A DNA stretch of 64,000 nucleotides, taken from Kiritimatiellia bacterium (GTDB lineage: Bacteria > Verrucomicrobiota > Kiritimatiellia > RFP12 > UBA1067). The stretch lies in contig JBMNFY010000002.1 in assembly GCA_050949565.1 (NCBI GenBank), forward strand, positions 1 through 64,000, given 5' to 3'. Shown piece after piece: positions 52,401 to 60,896 of this stretch (its first letter is position 1; the number at the start of each line of letters is the position of its first letter). The notes beneath the pieces are model-generated. The model searched no databases. It was not told where the DNA came from and was given only the letters and a program-made list of their open reading frames with translations. Position numbers and translations under genes: made by a program.

Positions 52401-53370
52401 GCACGTGTACAACACCAGCGGCATGCCGCTGGGCGGCACCGCCCGCTTCAAGGTCGAGGTGGCCGGCGGCACCGTGCCCGACGCCGACATCACCTGGACG
52501 ATCAAGGAGGGCGCGGGGCGCGTCGCCTTCGCCGGCGGCAGCACCGGCCCCGAGGTCGCCGTGACCGCGACATCAACCGGTGCCTTCCGGCTGGAGGTGG
52601 ACATCAAGGGCCTCGTCATCACGCCGCCCCACGTCCGGCCCTACTTCACCGGCACCGTCCTTCCCGCCGTCAACGTGCCCGTCACCGTCTGGATCGTGAG
52701 AGGATCAACGGGAGCCAACCCTGCCCGCGACGCCGACGAGATACCCGGTCTTCTGGCGGACGCCAACAAGATCCTGTGGCAGAACGGGCTGACGCTGGTC
52801 CAGAGCGGGGCAGTGCATTACGCCGACAATACCGCATGGTTGAACCCGAGCAACACCACGCCGGCGGCCGTTTATGAATTCGACGCGCTCATGGATAGCT
52901 CGTCGGGCACCGGCGGCGTGGAACTGTATTTCGTACAGACGATCACGGGGGGAAACAGGAATCTTAATGGCATCAAACGAGACAAGGGCATTGCCATAGC
53001 CGCGATCGGCGATGCGAGCACGATCGCGCACGAGGTGTTGCACGCCTGCGGCCTCGTCGACATCTATCCCCAGATAACGGTTCTTCCGCAGGAGGATAAG
53101 GTCTCCATCCCGGACGTGTGCGCGCCGGAGATGCTGCCGTCCGACTGGTGCGGCGGTTATTACGAGCCGGGGCTGATGCAGAAGTTCGTGGTCGCCCGCC
53201 TGATCATGAGTCCGACGGGTTATGGGAACGTGCCGCTGCCCCGGGCCGATATCCCGTCAGGGAGTGTGTGGGGATATCGCAATTTCAGTACGACGGGCGA
53301 TCCGGCCGATGAGTTGGAGTTGAGGAACGTCGGCCTGTCCGGCTGTCATCAGAATCCGGTCAGCGAATGA
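49489..53370 (+). CDS. Large exported protein with DxDGDG Ca-binding repeats, Cys-rich region and C-terminal metzincin (HExxHxxGxxD) domain
   Basis: Two hydrophobic segments then YGGSK; 9-aa QGQ repeats; [18 protein letters not shown]; CPCC..CLCRC..CACPTC; [13 protein letters not shown] at 53029-53061 and RLIMS Met-turn candidate. Confidence 0.8.
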   Translation: MDAINFLSLLNEEALLRARHLLVCACCLFLAAAALLPAACGALRYLLAEARRFRDWVRRTPLLVVLAVLLAFAEAVRYGGSKAEPPSPPAQGQSSSSSTQGQPPASSAQGQASAPSARGQLPPSATQGVPPACLMPPPADGFIPPPRYTNRLTQAQYDACFALTHAATNAAHDFAPPAGAAVTDYVSGHGVHDDAWWVPLPSGFNAGGLEDYSRFVTAVCAAPSGMLLLDGLPDRLAPAAPAFPDPASNRVLSVLQTPSGLLPPEGRLWSAAGTGGLHTVTWNSLMLGRREEARADLQCRLHPDGDFEYFIRPRPGADLSAVTNWLIGAADAGGGEAFAFADGAPLSAALPPGGAALALRWTAFGRLDPAAPDTDGDGLTDWEELMVYRTDPRQRDTDRDGLSDGDEVLKYGTDPLTPDSLGDGTNDFWRVVGAVQLASAPPPWMEGGAGLALLTLETRLEASAGVAALRIGEVIVPVAPGTAQLSRVAIPRGVDVPFALVPGPGTSAADAAVTVAAASSLTVAEDADNVFRVPAPAGAPAPAAAPPAPAPASPPPGNAKHGTMHNFNYAFSPVPLCPHTGRDTVNVGIVGARPKSVAAFGFGTAPDLSPAFSVSETYLRGKFPHLAETPGMHTVQVPVKLGVVLTNNTAKAFGGNTDTVPAHLCVFAGGEEGDPFNDPPPGKCPCCPEPNNCLCRCASPGVCACPTCLDPYHTGTPTNSAGQAAGTVDRPRRLLLAGGAPDTVTAAPAPGAGLSPLDGACMLCGCTQTVAGGSSPVPAVIFRCTPSLSAAPLEGFAATSGVFTVAGAAPSASAGADVFTWQAGRFFSRGRYTVAGLGVCLSNAPADAPPRVQAGHTNILSVTTRVPADGGGTLTFSGHTEAASARVKNRQTGQYEPLQDSYAASEWLAKYTAGTNRTAEVRYAAALTGQRLFTVAYGLPGALPGSVSTNLAFEAVGTRAETVNAATDADGHVYNTSGMPLGGTARFKVEVAGGTVPDADITWTIKEGAGRVAFAGGSTGPEVAVTATSTGAFRLEVDIKGLVITPPHVRPYFTGTVLPAVNVPVTVWIVRGSTGANPARDADEIPGLLADANKILWQNGLTLVQSGAVHYADNTAWLNPSNTTPAAVYEFDALMDSSSGTGGVELYFVQTITGGNRNLNGIKRDKGIAIAAIGDASTIAHEVLHACGLVDIYPQITVLPQEDKVSIPDVCAPEMLPSDWCGGYYEPGLMQKFVVARLIMSPTGYGNVPLPRADIPSGSVWGYRNFSTTGDPADELELRNVGLSGCHQNPVSE

Positions 53371-53380
53371 GGAGGAGAAC

Positions 53381-54453
53381 ATGAGAAAGGTACTGTTGTT
53401 TTATGTCGTGACCATCGCGTTGATGTCTGCGGCCCAAAATCCGGGCGCAAGACCCTTCGACGACGAGGCCATACGCGACATGCTTGAAGGTTTCGCGATC
53501 ATGGAGGCGGACAATGAGGGCGATCCCCACCAGCAGAATCTGCCGACCGTGGCGGACTGCTATCGGATGATGGAGAAGCGGTGCGAGGAAGCAGGCGTTG
53601 ACAAGCGGCGTATCCTCGACGTAGCCAAGGAGGAGATCGACAGGTGTGCCGCCTACGTGAAAAGCACCGGGCGGACGTCCATTGCCATCAATGCGGTGAG
53701 GTTGCTGGACCTCGTGGCGCATTCTGGTGACCGTTCGCTCCTGCCCTATCTGGAGGAAAAGAGCCTTGATCCTGAAACCCTCAAGTTCATCCGTTCTGCC
53801 GCTGCGGAGGTCTATGTCAATATCGCGGATGTGGAGGAGAGCGTGAATCTATTGCGAAAGCTGTATGATGACCGTTCTTTCCGGGAGTCGCGATACTACT
53901 ACGTGAGCGGCCTTTTTCTGCAAAAGGTGAAGTCGGAGGAGAAATCTTTGACAGACGAGGTGAAAAGAGACATCTGCACTCATTTGCTTGCGATTGTTCA
54001 GAGTGCGGATAGTCCGGGGGATGCGCTTGACGCTGAGTTCTTTTTGCGCGACTTTCTCCCGGGATACACCAACAGCAAGCAACGGGCAACGCTGGTCCGG
54101 TACGCCAACATCCGGGGGATGCGCTTGACGCTGAGTTCTTTTTGCGCGACTTTCTCCCGGGATACACCAACAGCAAGCAACGGGCAACGCTGGTCCGGTA
54201 CGCCAACACCGGTAATGAATACATGACAAACAACTTCAACCCCATCAAAGCGCACTTCGATGCAATCCCCCAAAAACAGCGCATCGATCTGCGCAAGCGT
54301 TTTCCCGACCTGCCGCCATTGCCGGATGACGCGCCCGCTAGAAGCCCCGTGAAGGTCGCGTTAGCCATCATCGCGGGGGGTGTCGCGCTCGCGGTGTGCG
54401 CCGTGGCGGCGTGGCTCGCCGTTCGGCGGAGAAGGGTGCGTGAAACGACATGA
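53381..54453 (+). CDS. Signal-peptide, C-terminally membrane-anchored helical protein (candidate immunity/partner), frameshifted by a 98-bp duplication
   Basis: GAGGAGG RBS; removing one duplicate copy gives a 324-aa ORF ending in a TM helix plus RRRR. Confidence 0.72.
54013..54208. repeat. Perfect 98-bp tandem duplication
   Basis: 54013-54110 is identical to 54111-54208. Confidence 0.97.
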
Positions 54454-54582
54454 CAGCATGGATAACGCAAAGCCACGAGGGGTTTGCACGGAGCAAGGGC
54501 GGCGACATCTCGGCCAAGAACAGCCAGATGCCCTGCATCACCCACAACCGGGCTAAAGGGAATCGATAGTATCAGGATGTCG

Positions 54583-57500
54583 CTAGCGCTTGATGACCTT
54601 GATTTCGCAGGGGGCCAGTTCGATCAAGCGCTTGGTGCCGGCGACGATCAGGTTGACCCGGCGGGCGTGGCGTGTGTCCATGTTGAGGATGTAGATGGTG
54701 TTCGGATAGACGCCGTAGGTGATGCACGTGAGCGTCTCTGGATCGTCGTCCGCCGTCTCGATCGTGGCGGTCTGGCGCACCTCGCGGGCGAGCCGCGAAA
54801 CCCAAGCGCGATAGAGCTCCGCGTAGGCTCCCTTGTAGCCCGCGAAGTGCCAGGGCGTGAAGAGGTAGAAGGCGCCCTTGCCGACACGGGTCTTCACGAG
54901 CAACGGCTTGCCGTCCAGTGTCTCAACGACTTCACTGTCCGGGCCGGGCGTGACCGTCGCGAGTTTCAGCGTCACATCTTGATCGCCGATTCTGCCTGCG
55001 GCCGCGACGGGGGCGCTGACCGCGATCTGGCCGAAGGGCTGGATCAGATCAGCAGCGGTGTAGTTCACGCTGTCGCGGTCGAGGCGCGTGGTCCACTGGG
55101 GCACGGACATCAAGAGCACGCCGCCGTTTTCGACGTAGCGCCGCAGCACGTCCTTTTGCAATGGCATCATGGTGTTCCAACCGCCAAAAACCAGCAGGTC
55201 GTAGCGCTTGAGATCCGCGAGCGTGGACTCGTCATCGACGTTCATGACATCGACTTGGCCGAAGGGTGTGCCGGCCAGCCAAGCATTTCCGTAGGGTTCG
55301 ATGACTTTGGAGGAACGCGGGAAGAAGAGGTCTTGGAGTAGCGCCTGCGTGCCTTCGGGCGGACCGTACTTCCAGAGCGCGTTGGTGGCGGCGTTGTCGT
55401 GCTGACTCCAGACGTTGAAGTTGCCGTTGAGGCCGAGATAGGCGTCGAGATTGCCCAGCGCTATGGCGATCTTCGTTTCGGGCGTACCTTTGTCGCGGGG
55501 GTTCGTCTTCACCCAGTCGTAGAACTTTTTCACGACATCGCGGTAGCTCCGCGCGACATGTTCGTCGTAGTCTTCGCTGGCGCGTTCGCCCTTCTTGTTC
55601 GGATAGCGGTCGGTGTACTTCCATGCCTGTGTCCCCTGCGCGCCAGACTCGAGCACGATGAGCGACGTACCGAAGATGTATTCTTGCAGGAAGCCCACGT
55701 AGCAGGAATCGAACTTCTGTTCAGTATGGTAGGGGATGGCGCAGGTCTGCCACTCGTGCGCGTTCCAGCCGCACCAGTAGTCCGGCTTCCAGCGGCGGGC
55801 CGCGCCGCGCGCCTCGGCAGTTGTGTGCGCGAGGTTCTGTGCGCCGATGGCCCACAGTTCGTTGCAGATATAGTCGATGCCGCCGGCCAACTCGTAGCAC
55901 GACAACGCCGTGCCGCAGGTCGAGGTGACGATCGGGAAATTACCCGCCCAGCTTCGCGGCACGTTGTTGCAATAACGGTCGACAAAGTGATTCCGCGCCT
56001 GTAGCAGGTTGAGGTTCATCGGGATGGCGCATTCGTTGCGGCTCTGGTAGAGGAACGCCGCGTATTCGCCGATGTTGTTGCCGAGGTAACGCCCGTGATA
56101 GGCCTCGGTGAGCTTCCGTTGCAGATTCTGGTCGTCTCCGGAGTAGATCGACATGGCGTACATCGGCCGCTCGCGGATGATCTTCTCCCAAGCCGCGCGT
56201 TTGTCGGCAGGGAAGGTGTCCGGGTGAGTCTTGGACGCCGAATTCCAGCCAACGAAAAGGTTGCAGAGGTCCTGCTCGAAGATGTCGCGACAGAGGTTCG
56301 TCGAAGGCCCGTAGCCGCACTGGCCCACGATCACGACTTCGTTCGGTGCGGGCAGCGGATGAATCGTGTCGTGCTTGGTGATTACAAGGTTTGTCTCGAA
56401 GGTGCCGTTGCGCCACGTTTCGAGGGTTGCCTTGACGACAAAGGAGTCTGGCCCTTGGTCGGGGAAGCGCCGCCGGAGCCGCGTGTCGGTCGCCTCGACC
56501 ACGATGTACTTTGCTTCGGCTGTCGAATCGGGATGCGGTACAACGGCGGTGAAGCGCTTGAGTTCGGGTGCGAAGCCGTCGGCGTCGAGGTAGTAGCAGC
56601 GGTTCATCGGGTCCACAAACGTCGTCACAGTAGCGTCGTGTACGCCGCGTCCCACGACCAACGTTTCGGGGCGGCGGAGACCTTCGATGCCGTTGGCGGC
56701 GACAAACCGCAGCGCGCGCTGCGGGGCGTCCGTCGGAACCTCGAACTTGAGCACGGCGGCCTTTCCGTCGTCGGTCCAATGCCACGCGCCGTCACGTTCG
56801 GTGCGAGTGCGGACGGGGAAGCGCGTCGTGCCATCCGTGAGGTAGCAAGCGTTGGTGCCGTCGGCAAAACGCCAGCGGATGTTTTTGGGGAAGACAAATT
56901 GCAGCGACGCCTCGCCGGCATCGAGGTCGTGCCCCGCGAAGGTCCAAGACGGTAGCGAAAGCTCAATCGCGCCTTTGTCCGGAACGACGTCATCATAGAC
57001 CGCGAAGAAGGGGCGCGGTTTTCCGGGAAGCGTCGCGGGGTCGCGCAGCACGGCGACCAGTGCATCGCCGCGAAGCTCCACAGCGAGTGTGTCGGGAAGT
57101 TCAGCGAGAATTTCCCGGCTTGTCCGTTGGAGAAGTGCGGCATCACTACTGAAGAAGAACGGCCGGTTCTTCGTGAGACGGCACGTATCGAGGGCGAACG
57201 AGACCTTCTTCATCCAAGCCGGCGGATGGTCGATGCGCATGGGTTCGGCACCGAGAACGATACGTGTGCCTTTGGCCATCGTGACGCCGGTGAAAATTGG
57301 CTGACCGTTTTCACAGAGGGGAACGAAGCCGCCTTCGAGGATCGCGAGCCCGCCGGTAGGTGCCTTGCCGAAGCGGAGCGTTCCCTTGCCCGTCTTGACG
57401 ACCGCGACGCCGTCGTCCGAGGTGAAGGCGGTGAGGTTGGCCATTGCGTCTTGCGCCACGTCGACATGCAGCTTCGCGCCGGCGGTGATGACGGCCTTGT

Positions 57501-58299
57501 CCACGTCGAAGGTTGTGGATTTCACGGCGTCGATGCGACCGCCCTTGAGCTCGACCGAGAGCTTCATCTTGTGGCCGTTCTTCGCCACGGGGCCGCCGAG
57601 CACCAAGACACCCGTCGGTTCGAGCACGATTGTCATGGCGGGACTCCACTGCGATTCGCGTACGTCGAAGCCCGTCGGCAGCATCGCCTTGCCGGCCACG
57701 ACGAGCCGATGCCCTTGCTGGGCTTCGCCGAAGGCGAGGGTGGCGGGTCCGAGAAACGTGCCACCCTCGTCCACATCCACGGCGAGACCGAAGGTTTGCA
57801 CGTTGACATCCGTCAGGTCAAAGGTGGCGCCGCGCCGCACGCGGACTTCAAACGGGGAGCCGCCTTGAAAGCCGGGCTTGAACCATGCGCCGGGCGCGAT
57901 ACGAAATGTGGCGCCGGGCGCGATTTCGACAAAACCGCCGTGGATGATGCCGCTCTGCTGCACGACAAGCGTGCCGTTGGAAACAACGATTGACTGCCAC
58001 CAACTCGCGCCGTGTGTCCAGCGTCCCACGGTATGCGTCTTGCCGCCGAGGTCGAGCCACAGCTTGCCACGGTCGGTCAGTTGGTCCTCGGGACCCGGGA
58101 TGCGGGTGGCGGGGGCGTTCGTCAGGTTCTTGCTGGTCACCGTCCACGTCTTCGGGTCTCCAAAGCGCGTCACGCCTCCATCCACGCGGACAGGGGTGTA
58201 GACGTCCATGGCAAAGGCCGAGAGCGCGAGACAGGCGGACAGCACCGCCAGGACGGCATGTTGGAACTTTATCAAGGGCACCTTCTTTAGGGGAGACAA
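54583..58299 (-). CDS. Large secreted GH-like protein (N-terminal autotransporter-type beta-helix, C-terminal GH-A-like barrel plus GH42-type trimerisation-like domain)
   Basis: Signal peptide; VVKTGKGTL repeat; GNNIGEY and ICNELW; YDLLVFGG..YVENGG.L. Start uncertain. Confidence 0.72.
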   Translation of the reverse strand: MSPLKKVPLIKFQHAVLAVLSACLALSAFAMDVYTPVRVDGGVTRFGDPKTWTVTSKNLTNAPATRIPGPEDQLTDRGKLWLDLGGKTHTVGRWTHGASWWQSIVVSNGTLVVQQSGIIHGGFVEIAPGATFRIAPGAWFKPGFQGGSPFEVRVRRGATFDLTDVNVQTFGLAVDVDEGGTFLGPATLAFGEAQQGHRLVVAGKAMLPTGFDVRESQWSPAMTIVLEPTGVLVLGGPVAKNGHKMKLSVELKGGRIDAVKSTTFDVDKAVITAGAKLHVDVAQDAMANLTAFTSDDGVAVVKTGKGTLRFGKAPTGGLAILEGGFVPLCENGQPIFTGVTMAKGTRIVLGAEPMRIDHPPAWMKKVSFALDTCRLTKNRPFFFSSDAALLQRTSREILAELPDTLAVELRGDALVAVLRDPATLPGKPRPFFAVYDDVVPDKGAIELSLPSWTFAGHDLDAGEASLQFVFPKNIRWRFADGTNACYLTDGTTRFPVRTRTERDGAWHWTDDGKAAVLKFEVPTDAPQRALRFVAANGIEGLRRPETLVVGRGVHDATVTTFVDPMNRCYYLDADGFAPELKRFTAVVPHPDSTAEAKYIVVEATDTRLRRRFPDQGPDSFVVKATLETWRNGTFETNLVITKHDTIHPLPAPNEVVIVGQCGYGPSTNLCRDIFEQDLCNLFVGWNSASKTHPDTFPADKRAAWEKIIRERPMYAMSIYSGDDQNLQRKLTEAYHGRYLGNNIGEYAAFLYQSRNECAIPMNLNLLQARNHFVDRYCNNVPRSWAGNFPIVTSTCGTALSCYELAGGIDYICNELWAIGAQNLAHTTAEARGAARRWKPDYWCGWNAHEWQTCAIPYHTEQKFDSCYVGFLQEYIFGTSLIVLESGAQGTQAWKYTDRYPNKKGERASEDYDEHVARSYRDVVKKFYDWVKTNPRDKGTPETKIAIALGNLDAYLGLNGNFNVWSQHDNAATNALWKYGPPEGTQALLQDLFFPRSSKVIEPYGNAWLAGTPFGQVDVMNVDDESTLADLKRYDLLVFGGWNTMMPLQKDVLRRYVENGGVLLMSVPQWTTRLDRDSVNYTAADLIQPFGQIAVSAPVAAAGRIGDQDVTLKLATVTPGPDSEVVETLDGKPLLVKTRVGKGAFYLFTPWHFAGYKGAYAELYRAWVSRLAREVRQTATIETADDDPETLTCITYGVYPNTIYILNMDTRHARRVNLIVAGTKRLIELAPCEIKVIKR

Positions 58300-58325
58300 T
58301 GTTCAGTGATACAGGACGCAGTATA

Positions 58326-58462
58326 CTAACGCGGGCGGAGCCCGCAACCCAAATTCTTACCACGAAAAGGCAAGGAGTTTTCAACGTTCAACGCTCAATG
58401 TTCAATTTTCAGTTGAGAGTTTTTTAACTCAGAACGTAGAACTCAGAACATCGAACTCAGAA
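58326..58462. repeat. GGTTGCGGGCT-family element plus heptamer arrays
   Basis: ctaacgcgggcggagcccgcaacccaaa; tcaacgt/tcaacgc and gaactca heptamers. Confidence 0.75.
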
Positions 58463-58537
58463 GTGGGAAAATCCCTACCTATAGCTTGGATATTTTGCCA
58501 CAGTTACTCTGCGCTGTTCCATCGCCAAATATCCGTC

Positions 58538-58566
58538 TTGTCCCCCGTTCCCCCAGGTGCTATACT
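58538..58566 (+). promoter_or_regulatory. sigma70 promoter with extended -10 for the RM-like operon
   Basis: TTGTCC-17-(TGc)TATACT. Confidence 0.6.
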
Positions 58567-58702
58567 CCCGACGTAAGAATGGTGTTGTTGAATGCGCTGG
58601 GGAGGCCGAGTGCGTCGACGCTTGTCGGCGGTCCGGCGGCCTGCATCTAATCGCCTTCCTACGGGTGAAACGCCGTCCTTGGTTTGGCGTCTGGGAAAGT
58701 TG

Positions 58703-59404
58703 ATGAAATCGGAAGTTATCTCTAAGAAGCGAGTAGCGGATTATGGCGAGGTGTTGACCGGCAAACGCGAGGTCAACGCCATGCTTGATCTTGTGAAGGA
58801 GCAGACGGAGCGTATTGACTCCCGCTTCCTCGAACCGGCTTGCGGCAACGGAAACTTCCTGACCGTGATTCTTGAACGCAAGCTGGCGGTTGTCGAAAAA
58901 CGCTACCGGAAGTCGCAACTCGAATTCGAGCGTAACGCCTTTCTGGCTGTCTCCAGCCTTTACGGCATCGATATCCTGTCCGACAACGTTTCGCAGTGTC
59001 GGGAGCGACTCTTTGAGGTTTTCGATGCCGTCTATGAACGGTTGTTCCCCGAGACCTCGAAGGCGGGATGCCGCGATGCGGTACGGTTCATCCTGATGCG
59101 TAACATTGTCTGGGGCAACGCGCTTTCGTTTGAGACTTGTACCCACCCTCCCGCCCCCATCGTCTTTTCGGAGTGGTCCTTCATCCATGGCAGCTTGTTA
59201 AAACGGCGTGATTTCGCTTTCAGGGGACTGATCCAGCACGAGGAAACGCGGGAGTCTCTGCTCTTCCCCGATCCTGGCCCGCAGACGAACGGACTTGAGC
59301 AAATGCCGCTTTTTGGATCTGCCGTCAACAACGATTTCAATCCCGCCCCCGTAAAAGAGTTTCCTCCGGTCCACTTCATGGAGCTCGCCCATGCCCAGCA
59401 GTAG
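58703..59404 (+). CDS. SAM-binding DNA-methyltransferase-like small subunit (lacks NPPY)
   Basis: GEVLT (motif X), FLEPACGNGNFL (motif I), LYGIDI and GNAL; no catalytic motif IV. Confidence 0.85.
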   Translation: MKSEVISKKRVADYGEVLTGKREVNAMLDLVKEQTERIDSRFLEPACGNGNFLTVILERKLAVVEKRYRKSQLEFERNAFLAVSSLYGIDILSDNVSQCRERLFEVFDAVYERLFPETSKAGCRDAVRFILMRNIVWGNALSFETCTHPPAPIVFSEWSFIHGSLLKRRDFAFRGLIQHEETRESLLFPDPGPQTNGLEQMPLFGSAVNNDFNPAPVKEFPPVHFMELAHAQQ

Positions 59405-60896
59405 CTACAACCCTGATGTTCTCTCTTGCCTGGCCAATTTAAGCAGCGACGAGGTCTTCACCCCGCCGGAGCTGGTCAACCGCATGCTCGACCTCCTGCC
59501 GCCGGAACTCTGGACCGACAGGAAGGCGACGTTCCTTGATCCCGGCTGTAAGTCGGGCGTTTTCCTGCGCGAAATCGCCAAGCGGCTGGACAAGGGGCTG
59601 GAGGCGCAAATCCCCGACCGTCAGAAGCGGATGGATCACATTTTCACGAACCAGCTTTACGGGCTCGCCATTACGGAGTTGACCGCCCTGCTGTCGCGCA
59701 GGTCTGTATACTGCTCCAAAACGGCCAACGGGAAATACTCCGTCTGCGAAGCCTTTAACACCCCCGACGGAAACATCCGATTCGGACGCGTGGAACACAC
59801 GTGGGAGAAGGGGCGTTGCGTGTTCTGCGGAGCCAATGAGACAGACTACGAACGAGGTGAAGAACTGGAAAGTCATGCTTACGCCTTCATTCACACTGAC
59901 AAGCCCAAGAGGATATTCGATATGCAATTCGACGTGATCATCGGCAACCCACCTTACCAATTGAGCGATGGCGGTTTTGGCAGGAGTGCTTCGCCCATCT
60001 ATCACAACTTTGTTCAACAGGCTAAGAAACTGAACCCTCGATTCTTGACGATGATCATTCCCTCGCGATGGTTCGCTGGTGGTAAGGGGTTGAACGATTT
60101 TCGTGCTGAAATGCTTGGCGACGACAGAATTCGAAAGCTCGTAGATTACGAAGATGCATCCGAAGTGTTCCCCGGTGTCGATATAGCTGGAGGTGTTTGT
60201 TACTTCCTTTGGGAATGTGATTCTCGTGGCCCGTGTGAGGTCACCAATGTTCACAACAATGAGACTGTCGTTTCGTTGCGGCCCCTCAATGAGTTCCAGA
60301 CTTTCATCCGGCACGGCCAAGCGGTTCCAATCATTCGCAAAGTTTTGGCCAAGGGGGAAAAGAGCATGAGCGAACAAGTCTCAAGCAGAAAACCCTTTGG
60401 GTTGCCGACCAATGCTCGCCCTATGAAACGAGGAGACCTTATCCTGCGTTGGAACAACGGTGAAGGACCTTATGTCCGCAAGGACGTTATGATCGGTACC
60501 GAGATGATTGACAAATGGAAGGTTATTACGTCGAAGGTCTCCTATGACCACGGTGGACAGCCTGATAAGAACGGAATGCGAAAGGTCTTGTCTATCGTCG
60601 ACATTTTGCCGCCCAAAACAATCTGTACGGAGACTTACATTGTTGCCGGAGTATTTGAAAACCGAGTTGAGGCCGAAAGGCTCGCGCAGTATCTCCGAAC
60701 ACGCTTTGTCAGATTCCTGATTGCTCAACTTTCCTTCTCTCAGGATATCACCAAAGATCGGTTTTTCTTTGTTCCAACTTTGAAGATGAACACTCAGTGG
60801 ACTGACGACAAGCTCTACAAACGATATGACCTGACCAAAGACGAAGTCGCCTTTATTGAATCGAAAATTCGTCCGATGGAGGCGAACGGTGAGTAA
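59391..60896 (+). CDS. Eco57I-domain N6-adenine DNA methyltransferase with C-terminal TRD
   Basis: DEVFTP, FLDPGCKSGVFL, FDVIIGNPPY and MIIPSRW; lower-GC C-terminal half. Confidence 0.92.
   Translation: MPSSSYNPDVLSCLANLSSDEVFTPPELVNRMLDLLPPELWTDRKATFLDPGCKSGVFLREIAKRLDKGLEAQIPDRQKRMDHIFTNQLYGLAITELTALLSRRSVYCSKTANGKYSVCEAFNTPDGNIRFGRVEHTWEKGRCVFCGANETDYERGEELESHAYAFIHTDKPKRIFDMQFDVIIGNPPYQLSDGGFGRSASPIYHNFVQQAKKLNPRFLTMIIPSRWFAGGKGLNDFRAEMLGDDRIRKLVDYEDASEVFPGVDIAGGVCYFLWECDSRGPCEVTNVHNNETVVSLRPLNEFQTFIRHGQAVPIIRKVLAKGEKSMSEQVSSRKPFGLPTNARPMKRGDLILRWNNGEGPYVRKDVMIGTEMIDKWKVITSKVSYDHGGQPDKNGMRKVLSIVDILPPKTICTETYIVAGVFENRVEAERLAQYLRTRFVRFLIAQLSFSQDITKDRFFFVPTLKMNTQWTDDKLYKRYDLTKDEVAFIESKIRPMEANGE

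Noticed and set aside
49359-52877. Long alternative ORFs (1172 aa on +, 866 aa on -) overlapping the toxin-like gene
   Set aside because: Arg/Gly/Pro-rich shadow frames expected from extreme GC3; no recognisable motifs.
54013-54208. DGR template/variable repeat pair
   Set aside because: The copies are identical and adjacent, with no adenine-specific mismatches, and there is no reverse transcriptase in the window.
58460-58702. tRNA or att site at the RM island border
   Set aside because: No cloverleaf, T-loop or CCA motif, and no flanking direct repeat recognised.
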